Shown here piece by piece: positions 16,621-25,476 of a stretch of DNA of 25,476 nt. Position 1 is the stretch's first letter. Every line of letters begins with the position of its first letter. The notes under the pieces were generated by a model, which saw nothing but the letters and a program-made list of their open reading frames with translations, had not been told where the DNA came from and searched no databases. Source of the stretch: a virus (lineage: Duplodnaviria; Caudoviricetes); the IMG/VR virus record IMGVR_UViG_3300030433_001002, positions 1-25,476 of that record; one strand, given 5' to 3'. The position numbers were made by a program, and so were the translations under genes.

Positions 16621-18067
16621 TACTCAAACCAGCCCCAAGCACACGGTTTTCTGTATCTTGGACAAAGATACACTAAAGGCAAACAGTATTGCTTTGGCAA
16701 AGGCAAAGAAGTGGATTTCAAGTATTTTTGAAATGTTTGATGATGAAATTGAAAATGAGATGTATTTACACAACGATTTGGGTGAAGTGGTTTATCAGTT
16801 AGACCCTTCCGCAGAATCGCAAAAGAAGTATTCGGTGAATTATATTCACCGGCTTCTTGAGTTGAATTGTGGTAAATTCAATTCCAAGGAATACCGAATG
16901 GTTGAACAAGCCATGTTGAATATGTCTGCAAATGAACGCCGATGGTTTGTTCGCTATTGGTTGCGAACACCACGAAACGGCATCAACCGTGGCACTGTTG
17001 AGAAGATTCTTGCACGATATTATCGCAAGAAAATTACCGAAGTCAAGAAGCATTTGAATTTCAATTCAGTGGATATGGTGTCAAGGTATTACAACATGGG
17101 CGAAGAACCTCAAATGTCTTTGAGCCACGGCGGTTTCATTAAGCCTATGCTTGCTAAGGACTTACCGATGAATAAGTGGCCAGCAAAGAAAATTGTTGAT
17201 TTCAAATATGACGGAAACCGCTATCAAATCCACAAAGAAGGTCAATCGGTTATTATCTTCAATCGCAAAGGCAAAATTGTTTCAAAGCAATTCCCAGATG
17301 TTGCAGAGATTGTTCGCAATTATGAAGTTGATAATGTCATTTTTGATGGTGAGATTTACCCTATCAATGAGGACGGTTCACCTGCCGAACACAAACTGAT
17401 GGGAACCCGTGTGCATTCAAAGAATGTTGAAGAGGCTATGGAGAGGGTCAAGGTAAAATGGGTCATTTTTGACTGTCTAAAGTGGGCTGGTGAGACGATT
17501 ATGGACTTACCCTATGACCAACGCCTTGAGCGATTTAAGGGCAATCCTGACCAAGCACAACGGATGCCCGAGGATGGAGATGTGATGGCTTTCTACAATG
17601 TCGCAATCAATGAAGGGTTTGAAGGTATTATTGTTAAGGACGCTTCTCTCCCGTATGAAGCAGGTAAGCGTTCAAAGGGTTGGGCGAAATATAAGCCACC
17701 TTTGATTGAACTTGATGTTGTGATTCTTTCTGCCCAATACGGCGAAGGAAAGAAATCAAATGTCTTTGCTACATTTGAAATGGGTGTAGCAACAGAGAAT
17801 AGTTTCCAAAGCATTGGTTATGTCGGAACAGGTTTCAGCGACATGGATTTGATTTCCCTAACAAATACGCTACGCAGGAATATTGTTTCCTATGAGGATA
17901 ATTCTTACAGTGTGAATCCTGTTGTTGTTCTTGAAGTGCGTGCTGATTTGATTTCAAGGGACGCAAAAAACAACATTGGTTTGAGATTCCCACGATGTAA
18001 GCGTATTCGTGATGATAAATTCGTTGCTGACATTAACACGCTAAGAGATTTGGAGGCTATGGAATGA
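16523..18067 (+). CDS. lig: ATP-dependent DNA ligase
   Basis: KPMLA, motif I KYDGNR, motif III FDGEI, IIIa IFDCL, IV EGIIVK, V WAKYK, VI LRFPR..RIRDDK. Confidence 0.95.
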   Translation: MTWANLARLLQATDRKTPTETVKMFSEGMESFNTQTSPKHTVFCILDKDTLKANSIALAKAKKWISSIFEMFDDEIENEMYLHNDLGEVVYQLDPSAESQKKYSVNYIHRLLELNCGKFNSKEYRMVEQAMLNMSANERRWFVRYWLRTPRNGINRGTVEKILARYYRKKITEVKKHLNFNSVDMVSRYYNMGEEPQMSLSHGGFIKPMLAKDLPMNKWPAKKIVDFKYDGNRYQIHKEGQSVIIFNRKGKIVSKQFPDVAEIVRNYEVDNVIFDGEIYPINEDGSPAEHKLMGTRVHSKNVEEAMERVKVKWVIFDCLKWAGETIMDLPYDQRLERFKGNPDQAQRMPEDGDVMAFYNVAINEGFEGIIVKDASLPYEAGKRSKGWAKYKPPLIELDVVILSAQYGEGKKSNVFATFEMGVATENSFQSIGYVGTGFSDMDLISLTNTLRRNIVSYEDNSYSVNPVVVLEVRADLISRDAKNNIGLRFPRCKRIRDDKFVADINTLRDLEAME

Positions 18068-18516
18068 TTGAAGTTGGTGCATTAACTGTAATGGTGAACA
18101 ACGGAAAAAGAAATACCTATCGTTGCCTTAAAATTGAAAACGGTGTTGCTCATCTCAAGAACATTCTACATGAACAGGGCCGACCAACAAAAATCCCTGT
18201 CAAAGAGTGCCCTTACATGGAGGACGGAAAACTCATCGTTCCCGAAAAGGTTGTTGAAAAGCGACCACGAACACGAAGCAAACTCAACCTTACCAGCATT
18301 TTGAAGGACAACACTGACCTTCAAATCTCAAGAACGGCAAAGAATTTTCTCTACGAATGGGCAGAAACGGCCATCGCAAACATGATAACAAACGCCGAAC
18401 AAAACGCGTTGGAGCGTGGGGATGCCCGAATCAGTGCCGCCCATATTCATTGGCTTGAGACAAATGAAAGGGTTGCAGGATATTGGAAAGAACACGAACA
18501 GTATATTAAGGATTGA
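18064..18516 (+). CDS. Histone-fold protein with N-terminal beta-rich extension
   Basis: C-terminal LTSILKDNTDLQISRTAKNFLYEWAETAIANMITNAEQNALERGDARISAAHI has the archaeal histone helix-loop spacing. Confidence 0.7.
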   Translation: MIEVGALTVMVNNGKRNTYRCLKIENGVAHLKNILHEQGRPTKIPVKECPYMEDGKLIVPEKVVEKRPRTRSKLNLTSILKDNTDLQISRTAKNFLYEWAETAIANMITNAEQNALERGDARISAAHIHWLETNERVAGYWKEHEQYIKD

Positions 18517-18881
18517 TTAAAGTGTTTCTATATCCAGAACTAAATGAACTACTTGCGAAATATAACTCTGTTAAGACCTATACTTTCTTCATCTATGGTG
18601 AACCAACCGAAGAAGAAATTGATGTGATTAACCGTGGTCTGTATTTTCGCGTTGTTCACGCTACGGAAATTATCAAAGAGAGAGTAGTGGTGATTGTTGA
18701 AAACATCAAAGAAGAACAAGCAAATTTGCTTGACTGTTATCAAGGAACACGAATGGTTTTTGGGATTGCCCAAAACGAAATAGATGAAGAAGTTGTTTCA
18801 AATACTATTCTTGAAGGCTTCAAATATCTACGCTACAAAGCAGAATACTTGGGAATGAAGGAGACTGAAAACAATGTTTAG
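18513..18881 (+). CDS. Hypothetical protein
   Basis: Coupled ORF with TTG start; no family recognised. Confidence 0.65.
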   Translation: MIKVFLYPELNELLAKYNSVKTYTFFIYGEPTEEEIDVINRGLYFRVVHATEIIKERVVVIVENIKEEQANLLDCYQGTRMVFGIAQNEIDEEVVSNTILEGFKYLRYKAEYLGMKETENNV

Positions 18882-19305
18882 TAGAGAAACTCTCGCAGGA
18901 ATACTTCTTGCGAAAGGTCAATTCTTCTGTAATGTTCAAGTGGATGAAAAGATGAGAATAGGATATTCTGTTAAACTTGGCATTGATGTAAGAATGGACT
19001 CTTATGAGTTTCTTTCGGGAATGCAAAGAGCGTTCCAAACCTATGGCGTTGAGAGCAAACTCAAAGAAGAAGAATCAGCGACACGAAAAAGACCTATCCT
19101 TAAGGTAAGAGGAGTCGCAAACATTGAGAATGTATCAAAAATTATCTATGGACATACGCTTAACTGGCGAAACCACGACGATACTTTGGAATCATTCATT
19201 ACAATATTAGGGCTTGTGCTAATGAAGAAACACCGCACAATGGAAGGATTAGAATTAATATTAGAATTAAAAGGTGCTTTAAATGGGACTGACAACACTA
19301 ACTAA
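18874..19305 (+). CDS. Single-motif LAGLIDADG-fold protein, catalytic motif degenerate
   Basis: TLAGILLAKGQF helix, GYSVKL strand and C-terminal KKHRTMEGLELILELK typical of LAGLIDADG endonucleases. Confidence 0.7.
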   Translation: MFSRETLAGILLAKGQFFCNVQVDEKMRIGYSVKLGIDVRMDSYEFLSGMQRAFQTYGVESKLKEEESATRKRPILKVRGVANIENVSKIIYGHTLNWRNHDDTLESFITILGLVLMKKHRTMEGLELILELKGALNGTDNTN

Positions 19306-20125
19306 GAAAAGACCAATTTTACTCACAGGCAAAGTAGGAACGGGCAAATCACAAAAGGCGAAAACTTTTGTTAATGACCCCGTTATTTTCTATGCTAATT
19401 CAATTGATTATGATATTGGTTCTATCCCCGTTGATAGCGGAATCATCATTGAAGATGTGCATTACAAGCCAGAAAAGGATGCTATTCTTACAATCCTACG
19501 AAACTATCGTGGTCAAGTAGTCTTGACCTCTATCAACGAAAAAAGCGTTCCAAAGGAAATCAAAACAATGTGTCAAATCAAGCGAGCAGGCTCAAAGAAT
19601 CACTTGAGAGAATCCATTGAAACCCTTGCGCCGAGAAGCGAGGAACCATTTTCCTATGAGAGAGACACTTTCTCATTGGTCATGGATTATCTCAAGACGA
19701 AAGACCGTGATATGGTCAAGGATTTGATGTTGTTTAATAAGCCATCCGACACCCAAATTCTTACTTGGCTCTGCGAAAATATGCACCCGAACCGACTAGT
19801 TTTTATTGATGGTGTAGTGAGAAGGCGTTGGAGCCAACAGTATTTCTACGAAATGCTCTCCTACGCCCACACTGGAAACATGATTGGAAGGGTGAATATG
19901 CCGAGAAGAGGAACCTACTCAAAAGTCCCGAGCCTATCAAGAAGGCTTGGAGTAAGAAACCCTAAACTCTTGCCTCAATTACTTCAAGATGAAGAATTCA
20001 AGGCTTGGGCAAAAACCAAATTGAACAATGCAGAGTGTCGTCTGCTCAAACTTGGTGAAAAGAAACGACGAAAAAAGACTGACCCAATAAAGGTTCAGCA
20101 AAAATCACTGGAGGATTTTATATGA
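19283..20125 (+). CDS. Divergent clamp loader large subunit (RFC-L-like)
   Basis: Walker A GKVGTGKS, Walker B-like IIIEDVH, C-terminal PIP box QKSLEDFI; close to RFC-S. Confidence 0.7.
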   Translation: MGLTTLTKKRPILLTGKVGTGKSQKAKTFVNDPVIFYANSIDYDIGSIPVDSGIIIEDVHYKPEKDAILTILRNYRGQVVLTSINEKSVPKEIKTMCQIKRAGSKNHLRESIETLAPRSEEPFSYERDTFSLVMDYLKTKDRDMVKDLMLFNKPSDTQILTWLCENMHPNRLVFIDGVVRRRWSQQYFYEMLSYAHTGNMIGRVNMPRRGTYSKVPSLSRRLGVRNPKLLPQLLQDEEFKAWAKTKLNNAECRLLKLGEKKRRKKTDPIKVQQKSLEDFI

Positions 20126-20415
20126 AACAATTAAATTTTGAAAATAAACAAGTTATGGCCCCGAAGAAAATCAAAGAGATTCTACTCGGTAAGGAATTAA
20201 CAGTAAGACAGATTTACGATGCAGTGCAAGATATTACTGCAATCACTAAAAACGGAAATACAAAACCTTGGAGAAACAAACCAACAAAAGGACAAATCAC
20301 AAGTCTTCTCGGCGCAAAATGTCATGGATTTACCCGCTTAACAAAGCAAGGTGTTTATCCCGCAGTATGGACTTGGAAAGGAGATGATAACCGTGAGGCC
20401 AGTTTGGAGAATTAA
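20122..20415 (+). CDS. Hypothetical protein, possibly winged-helix
   Basis: LTVRQIYDAV...PTKGQITSLL...F pattern; GGAGG RBS. Confidence 0.6.
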   Translation: MKQLNFENKQVMAPKKIKEILLGKELTVRQIYDAVQDITAITKNGNTKPWRNKPTKGQITSLLGAKCHGFTRLTKQGVYPAVWTWKGDDNREASLEN

Positions 20416-20530
20416 AGAATGCCCGAATTGTGGAAACACAAAAATTACTCTTGCGAGAAATGTCTTTTGCTTTATTTGTAAGAGGGGCGCATTCAAGAAA
20501 AAAATGCACATGAAAGATTATATATGGTGA
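20384..20530 (+). CDS. Small Zn-ribbon protein (48 aa, not in ORF track)
   Basis: CPNCG...CFIC; fills the gap before RFC-S. Confidence 0.55.
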   Translation: MITVRPVWRIKECPNCGNTKITLARNVFCFICKRGAFKKKMHMKDYIW

Positions 20531-20535
20531 TAAAA

Positions 20536-21447
20536 ATGCTATGGACAGAAAAATACCGACCAACAAAAATTAATGATATTAAAGGACAAGAACACTTCGT
20601 AATGGATGCTCGTTCTTGGATTGAGACAGAAGATATGCCTAATCTACTATTATACGGAAATCCGGGAAATGGTAAAACATCGGCGGCAATTGTAATTGCT
20701 AAAGAGTTTTTGAAAGATAACTTCAGAGATAACTTCTTTGAAGTAAATGCATCCGATGATAGAAGGCTTGAAACTGTTAGAACCACTATTCGCCAAGTAG
20801 CCCAAAGTGGAACCATTGGCGATGTTCCTTTCCGTATGATGCTTCTTGACGAAATGGATGGAATGACGACAGATGCCCAAAATGCTCTTAAGAGAATTAT
20901 GGAGAGATATGCGAGCAATATTCGTTTCATTATTACCTGCAACGACAGAAACAAAATAATTTTTGCACTTCAAAGCCGATGTGCAAACTACCATTTCAAG
21001 TCAATTTCTAATGAACATATGCTTGATATGGTGAAAGATATTCTTCTAAAAGAGGGAATAAGTCGTTTCAGCGATGAAGAGTTAGCGGGTTTTATATACT
21101 CCATGAATGGTGATATGCGGAGGGCAATCACCGAGATTCAAGCGGCCAAAGCGAGCGACTCTACCCTTCAACGACAAATAGATGTATCATTGGAAGAATA
21201 CCATAAAATTCTAATCAAGATTACAAATAAGAATGCAAATGTATTAGGTGAATTACATGATATGTTATACAAAGGCAGGACTGTTAAAGAAGTCTGTCTT
21301 GGATTGCACGACGCAATCATTAACTCAAAGGGGCTTGATAGCACCTTGAAATTTAAGTTTCTCCGAACAGTCGGAGAATGCGAATACCGTTCCAATAGTA
21401 TGACCCCCAAAGTATTGTTATCATGGATGGTGGGACAACTGTTGTAA
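20536..21447 (+). CDS. rfcS: Replication factor C small subunit
   Basis: WTEKYRP, GNPGNGKT, EVNASD, LDEMDGMT.DAQNALKRIME, ALQSRC, GDMRRAI. Confidence 0.95.
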   Translation: MLWTEKYRPTKINDIKGQEHFVMDARSWIETEDMPNLLLYGNPGNGKTSAAIVIAKEFLKDNFRDNFFEVNASDDRRLETVRTTIRQVAQSGTIGDVPFRMMLLDEMDGMTTDAQNALKRIMERYASNIRFIITCNDRNKIIFALQSRCANYHFKSISNEHMLDMVKDILLKEGISRFSDEELAGFIYSMNGDMRRAITEIQAAKASDSTLQRQIDVSLEEYHKILIKITNKNANVLGELHDMLYKGRTVKEVCLGLHDAIINSKGLDSTLKFKFLRTVGECEYRSNSMTPKVLLSWMVGQLL

Positions 21448-21480
21448 AAACAAAAAAAACAAAAATGGAAGTGAAAAAAC

Positions 21481-22692
21481 ATGGACGAAAAAACGATGAA
21501 AGAAGTAGAAGCAGGGGCTAAAATTCTTGGCCTTTCTGTTGAAGAAGCAAACGCCAAGTTTGCTGAGATTTGTGGTGAAAGCCACATTGAAACGGATAAC
21601 CCAATTGGCCTCGGTCTTTGGAGAAATTATGTCGCAAACGCAAAGCGTTCCGCTTCAAGCGGAAAGCCAAAGCAAGAAAGCGATTCTCTCTTCAAGCCAG
21701 CATTTGGTTTCTTCCTTTCTCTTGACGCACCACGCGACATGATGAGTTGGAACCGAAACAAGGCCAAAGAAGAATATCTCCGTGATGAAGAAGGCGCACT
21801 TGAGAAGGGTATTGTTGCTGTTGCTCAAGAAAACGCCCTCGGCAAATTCACGGTTTCCCGATACTTCAACGGAAACTACGAAGAAAAGGTTGTGGGTTCT
21901 TTGCCCGAAGGTGCTGAAACTCTTGAAGATGGACGCATTTACATTCCTTTGGATGCTACGGCAACCTACATGAATGGTGGAAAGAACAACAATTACGGTA
22001 AGCCTCTGCCAAAAGAGCAATTCCGACGAAGCGGTATCTTCTTCGGTTCTATTGCTGGTGGGGAAATGAAGCCATATTTCTTTTCTTATAAGAATCAAGG
22101 CGGCATTGACTTTGCACCAAACACCTTTGAGTGGGTTCATTTCATTTGTGTAGCAAATGCAAATGGAACGGATATTTACGGTGCAACCGATACAACGGTC
22201 AAGAGTTTGATGTTGAATTCCAACATTGACCCCGAGGCTGACGCATACCGAGACATGACGGGTTTCTCCTTTGAGGATTGCTTGAAGGAACACTTTGAGT
22301 CTCATATTGCGGCTTTGGTTGAAATTGACAAAGCACACATTATGCTTCAAAGCAAGCCATCAAAGGAGCGTTTCGTGATTACCGATGGAACGGTGTGCAA
22401 CATGAACATGACACCAACCAAGAACGGAAACCGAATCATCAACATTACTGACCTCAATGCAGAAATTGACTTTGAATCGGACGCTATGACGACCTGTTGG
22501 ATTCCCGAACACATTGATTTGGACTTCGGGATTGGTTCAGCAGTTATCGTTGTTGGCCGAACAAGTCAAAGAATGGTTGATGGCGAAGCAGAACCAACGA
22601 CAATCAATGTTGCAGGTGTGCTTTGTGTTGAGCGTGTAGGTTCCCCCGTTGAATCCGCCCAACCAGTGGAAAAGGACTTTGATTGGTTCTAA
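21481..22692 (+). CDS. Probable OB-fold ssDNA-binding protein (RPA/SSB-like)
   Basis: C-terminal OB-like strands (ITDGTV...INITD...TCW...GSAVIVVGRT...INVAGV), acidic/aromatic tail EKDFDWF, and position within the replication module. Confidence 0.6.
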   Translation: MDEKTMKEVEAGAKILGLSVEEANAKFAEICGESHIETDNPIGLGLWRNYVANAKRSASSGKPKQESDSLFKPAFGFFLSLDAPRDMMSWNRNKAKEEYLRDEEGALEKGIVAVAQENALGKFTVSRYFNGNYEEKVVGSLPEGAETLEDGRIYIPLDATATYMNGGKNNNYGKPLPKEQFRRSGIFFGSIAGGEMKPYFFSYKNQGGIDFAPNTFEWVHFICVANANGTDIYGATDTTVKSLMLNSNIDPEADAYRDMTGFSFEDCLKEHFESHIAALVEIDKAHIMLQSKPSKERFVITDGTVCNMNMTPTKNGNRIINITDLNAEIDFESDAMTTCWIPEHIDLDFGIGSAVIVVGRTSQRMVDGEAEPTTINVAGVLCVERVGSPVESAQPVEKDFDWF

Positions 22693-22782
22693 TCCCTCCC
22701 TCGCGCTGGAAACCGAGGAACCGTGTAAATGTGGCGGTTTGAATGACATTCGGGTGGGTGCGATGCCCACACTTTTCAAAAG

Positions 22783-23037
22783 GTGAAAAAAATGAATTTA
22801 ATTGGAGAAAGATTTTTGGTAAAGAAAAATGCCTACATCGTAGATTTGAAAGATGTAGATTTCATTACCTACAAAGAGAATGAGAATGAAATTGGGACTT
22901 ACTGGGTTAAGTTTCATATTGGACAGAAAGAGGCGAGGTATGTTTGTTATGACCTTGAATCGCTTCGTAGTATTATTCAGTATTGGACGATGAGTAAGAA
23001 TTCAAAAAGCAGAGTGAACGAAACGCAATTGGTGTGA
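22783..23037 (+). CDS. Hypothetical protein
   Basis: Open frame between the SSB-like gene and the ATPase. Confidence 0.65.
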   Translation: MKKMNLIGERFLVKKNAYIVDLKDVDFITYKENENEIGTYWVKFHIGQKEARYVCYDLESLRSIIQYWTMSKNSKSRVNETQLV

Positions 23038-23042
23038 TAAAA

Positions 23043-23834
23043 ATGGGACTGACAAATAGCAAAGGAAATGCTTTGCCAAGTGAAACATTCTTGGAATTGC
23101 ATAAGAAACAAATGGAGAAGAAAAGAGAGAGCAGAAAACCACGAATGGTTTTGGGCATTTGGGGTATTCCCAAGTCTGGCAAAACTGGATTGGCCCTTGA
23201 TTTCCCCGATAGGAAAATCTATGTTCTTGATTGGGATAGTGGCGTAGAATCTACTTGGATTACTTGCCATGATGCAACAGAAAGAATTGAAGTGTTTGAC
23301 CCAATCGTGCAGGATAAGGATGCACAATTGGATATTCACAAGTCCGAGCAAAACTCAAGAGACTTCGTGAAATATGTGCATTCAAAGATTGAAGAAGGAG
23401 AAAACCCTATCTTTGTTCTTGATGGTGTAGATACTTGGTTTAACAGTTGTATTCTCAAGGTCAATCCTGACCCAACGAAAGTCACGAAAATTATGCCATT
23501 CCAATACGGTGCAAGAAATAAAACATTTGAAGCACTGATGGTTTCTATCTATCGTTTGAAGTGTGATGTGATTTACATTACTCATGAAGCAGAAAAATAT
23601 GTGGACAATGTTCCTGTTGGTGTTCAACCAGCATGGCGTGATTGGGGCGGAAAACTTGAGCAAGAGATTCACTGCACCCGAAAGAATGTCAAGGGCGAAA
23701 TGCACTATGTCGCACAATTGGTTGGTTCAAGAACAAATGGAAACTTAGTCGGCACACGCTGGACAGTCCGTGAAGGCACACCACCAAATGTTGTTTGGAA
23801 CGGTATTCCCGAATTACGGGAGGGTAAAATTTGA
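23043..23834 (+). CDS. RecA-fold P-loop ATPase (AAA_24/Sak4-like)
   Basis: GIPKSGKT, VLDWDSG, Walker B FVLDGVD, IYITHE. Confidence 0.75.
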   Translation: MGLTNSKGNALPSETFLELHKKQMEKKRESRKPRMVLGIWGIPKSGKTGLALDFPDRKIYVLDWDSGVESTWITCHDATERIEVFDPIVQDKDAQLDIHKSEQNSRDFVKYVHSKIEEGENPIFVLDGVDTWFNSCILKVNPDPTKVTKIMPFQYGARNKTFEALMVSIYRLKCDVIYITHEAEKYVDNVPVGVQPAWRDWGGKLEQEIHCTRKNVKGEMHYVAQLVGSRTNGNLVGTRWTVREGTPPNVVWNGIPELREGKI

Positions 23835-24595
23835 AATTTACAGTTAGCGCAAAAGAATTAGAGCAAGCAATTGAGAGTATTCGTGTCAAGGGAAAGTCAT
23901 TGACCTCAAAGGGTTTCGGCAACGCCACAATGGGAGATTACATCTACATGGTGTTAGATGGGAATGTTCTCTCAATCATCAACGGCTCTGCTATTTTCAT
24001 GGCAAGGATTACCCTATCCGTGGTCGGTGAAGAAAACGGAAACTTTGTTGTTGATGCAACCGTTGTTCTACCATACTTGAAATCATTCAAGGATGAGATT
24101 ACTGTTGCAGGTGGAGATTTTATCAGCATTGAACAGAATCGTAAGCGTGCAAGTTTGCCCAAAGTCGTGAATCACCCTAACATGGATGCTTTAGAAAACT
24201 CACTTGAAAGAACCAAAGAAATTACTTGGTCTGCCGTTTTGGATAAACTTCCTTCTTTTGGCAAAACTGCCTTTGAAGGAGCGTTTGCGATAACCTCGGC
24301 ACAGTTTTCGTCCTGCATCAAAAACTGCGAGTTAGTGAAAAGCGGAGTATATTCGCTTAACTTCAACAAAGAGACAACGACCTTTTCATCGCAACAAACA
24401 GTGCAAAACAGATACACTGAAACAATTACTCCGGTAAGTATTCTTGGTGAAGCGGCTTCACTTGACTACACTGGCCCACTGCATAACTTCTTTGATAAAG
24501 AACAATTGTTAAATTTCTATGTGAAGGACGACTTTCCTCTGCTTATTGTGGCCGAGGACAGAATGATTTTGAAAGCCCCACAAATTGGTGATTGA
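23831..24595 (+). CDS. pcn: DNA sliding clamp (PCNA-like)
   Basis: 254 aa (PCNA size), two-domain pattern, C-terminal DDFPLLI...ILKAP; directly upstream of PolB. Confidence 0.75.
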   Translation: MKFTVSAKELEQAIESIRVKGKSLTSKGFGNATMGDYIYMVLDGNVLSIINGSAIFMARITLSVVGEENGNFVVDATVVLPYLKSFKDEITVAGGDFISIEQNRKRASLPKVVNHPNMDALENSLERTKEITWSAVLDKLPSFGKTAFEGAFAITSAQFSSCIKNCELVKSGVYSLNFNKETTTFSSQQTVQNRYTETITPVSILGEAASLDYTGPLHNFFDKEQLLNFYVKDDFPLLIVAEDRMILKAPQIGD

Positions 24596-25476
24596 ATGAT
24601 TATTAGCAAAATGAATGACGGTAAAAATATCTATACATCATGGCGAGAAAATGGTGAAAAGAAGTGGAATATCACACCCTTTCGCCCCTACTTTTATGTT
24701 CCCGTGAACGAGAATGTAGTTTCTTACAACCCCTCAAAGTATATTCAGCGAGAGTTTGACTATGAAGAAGGGGACTATGAAAATTTAGATGGAGAGCCTT
24801 TGAAGAAAGTTTATGTTGAAACTTCTTTTGATGTTCGCAAAGCAAAGGATGAGTTTCGCCAAACCTATGAAGCAGATGTTCCATATCACTTTCGCTATGC
24901 CGTAGATGAAGTCCAAGAAATGCCAGAATATAACTTGAGAAAGTGGTATTGGGATATGGAATGGCAACAAGGTGGAGAATATCACGATTGCATTACAACG
25001 ATTGTTGCCTATGATAACTACGATAAAGAGTATTTGCAGTGGGTTTGGTTTCCCGAAGAAACTGAAACGAAGGAAAACTGTTTTGTGTTTAGTAGCGAAA
25101 AAGACATGATAGACTCTTTCTTGAACACAATGCTTCTCAAAGACCCCGATATGTTGATTGCTTGGTTTGGAAATAAGTTTGACTTACCCCATCTTCTCAA
25201 GAGGGCGTGTGCATTGGGAATTGACCCCCGCATCATCTCTCCAACGGCAAGCGTCAAGGGTGTTAAACCGAGCAGAGAAGGCTTTTCTTTTGCCTATGCT
25301 GAAAAGGGGTTCTCGCCCATTGAACAGCCCATAGGGGGCCGCATAACTCTCTCTCTTGACCTTGCTTTTGAGCGTCAATGGAATGACTCGCAAAGAGGAA
25401 CATTACCTTCTTTGAGCCTTGAATATGTCTCACAAACTCTTTTTGGTGAAGGTAAAGTAAAGAAGAGTAAATTTGA
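24596..25476 (+). CDS. polB: Family B DNA polymerase, N-terminal/exonuclease part (runs off window; not in ORF track)
   Basis: Manual translation gives FRPYFYV, YEADVP, ExoI WDMEW, ExoII AWFGNKFDLP, GRITLSLD and SLEYVS...LFGEGK. Confidence 0.92.
   Translation, partial: MIISKMNDGKNIYTSWRENGEKKWNITPFRPYFYVPVNENVVSYNPSKYIQREFDYEEGDYENLDGEPLKKVYVETSFDVRKAKDEFRQTYEADVPYHFRYAVDEVQEMPEYNLRKWYWDMEWQQGGEYHDCITTIVAYDNYDKEYLQWVWFPEETETKENCFVFSSEKDMIDSFLNTMLLKDPDMLIAWFGNKFDLPHLLKRACALGIDPRIISPTASVKGVKPSREGFSFAYAEKGFSPIEQPIGGRITLSLDLAFERQWNDSQRGTLPSLSLEYVSQTLFGEGKVKKSKF

Noticed and set aside
22710-22776. Third tRNA gene
   Set aside because: A T-arm-like hairpin is present, but there is no TTC loop, 7-bp acceptor stem, canonical anticodon arm or CCA.
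648-25393. All minus-strand ORFs in the track (e.g. 21655-22350, 20493-20954, 712-1086)
   Set aside because: They lie antisense to well-supported + strand genes and show no recognisable motifs, so they are treated as shadow ORFs.
16523-25476. Inteins or introns in ligase, RFC or PolB associated with the LAGLIDADG ORF
   Set aside because: Protein lengths and motif spacing are normal, and no intein splice-junction motifs were seen in the visible portion.

Overview
This window looks like part of an archaeal tailed-virus genome. Archaeal-type TFB, PCNA, RFC, PolB and ATP-dependent ligase, together with a chaperonin pair, resemble the marine Poseidoniales (Marine Group II) 'magroviruses'; that assignment is inference. 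All credible genes are on the + strand and tightly packed, often with ATGA stop/start overlaps and GGAGG/GGTGA-type Shine-Dalgarno sites. The layout is: (1) a repeat-rich non-coding region (1-690), possibly an origin or terminus; (2) accessory genes including an SF1 helicase, a DenV-like glycosylase, many small Zn-finger ORFs, tRNA-Leu(TAA) and tRNA-Arg(TCT); (3) a candidate virus-encoded ubiquitin-like conjugation system, made of a Ubl ending GG-AY, a possible E2-like protein, a ThiF/E1 and a JAMM protease, interleaved with TFB, MazG and a Myb-like gene; (4) GroES, GroEL and a DnaJ-type Zn finger; (5) a PC4-like gene, two histone-fold candidates, DNA ligase and a degenerate LAGLIDADG gene; (6) a replication module of RFC-L, RFC-S, OB-fold SSB, Sak4/AAA_24-like ATPase, PCNA and PolB (truncated by the window edge). 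All calls come from motif recognition by eye; no searches were run.
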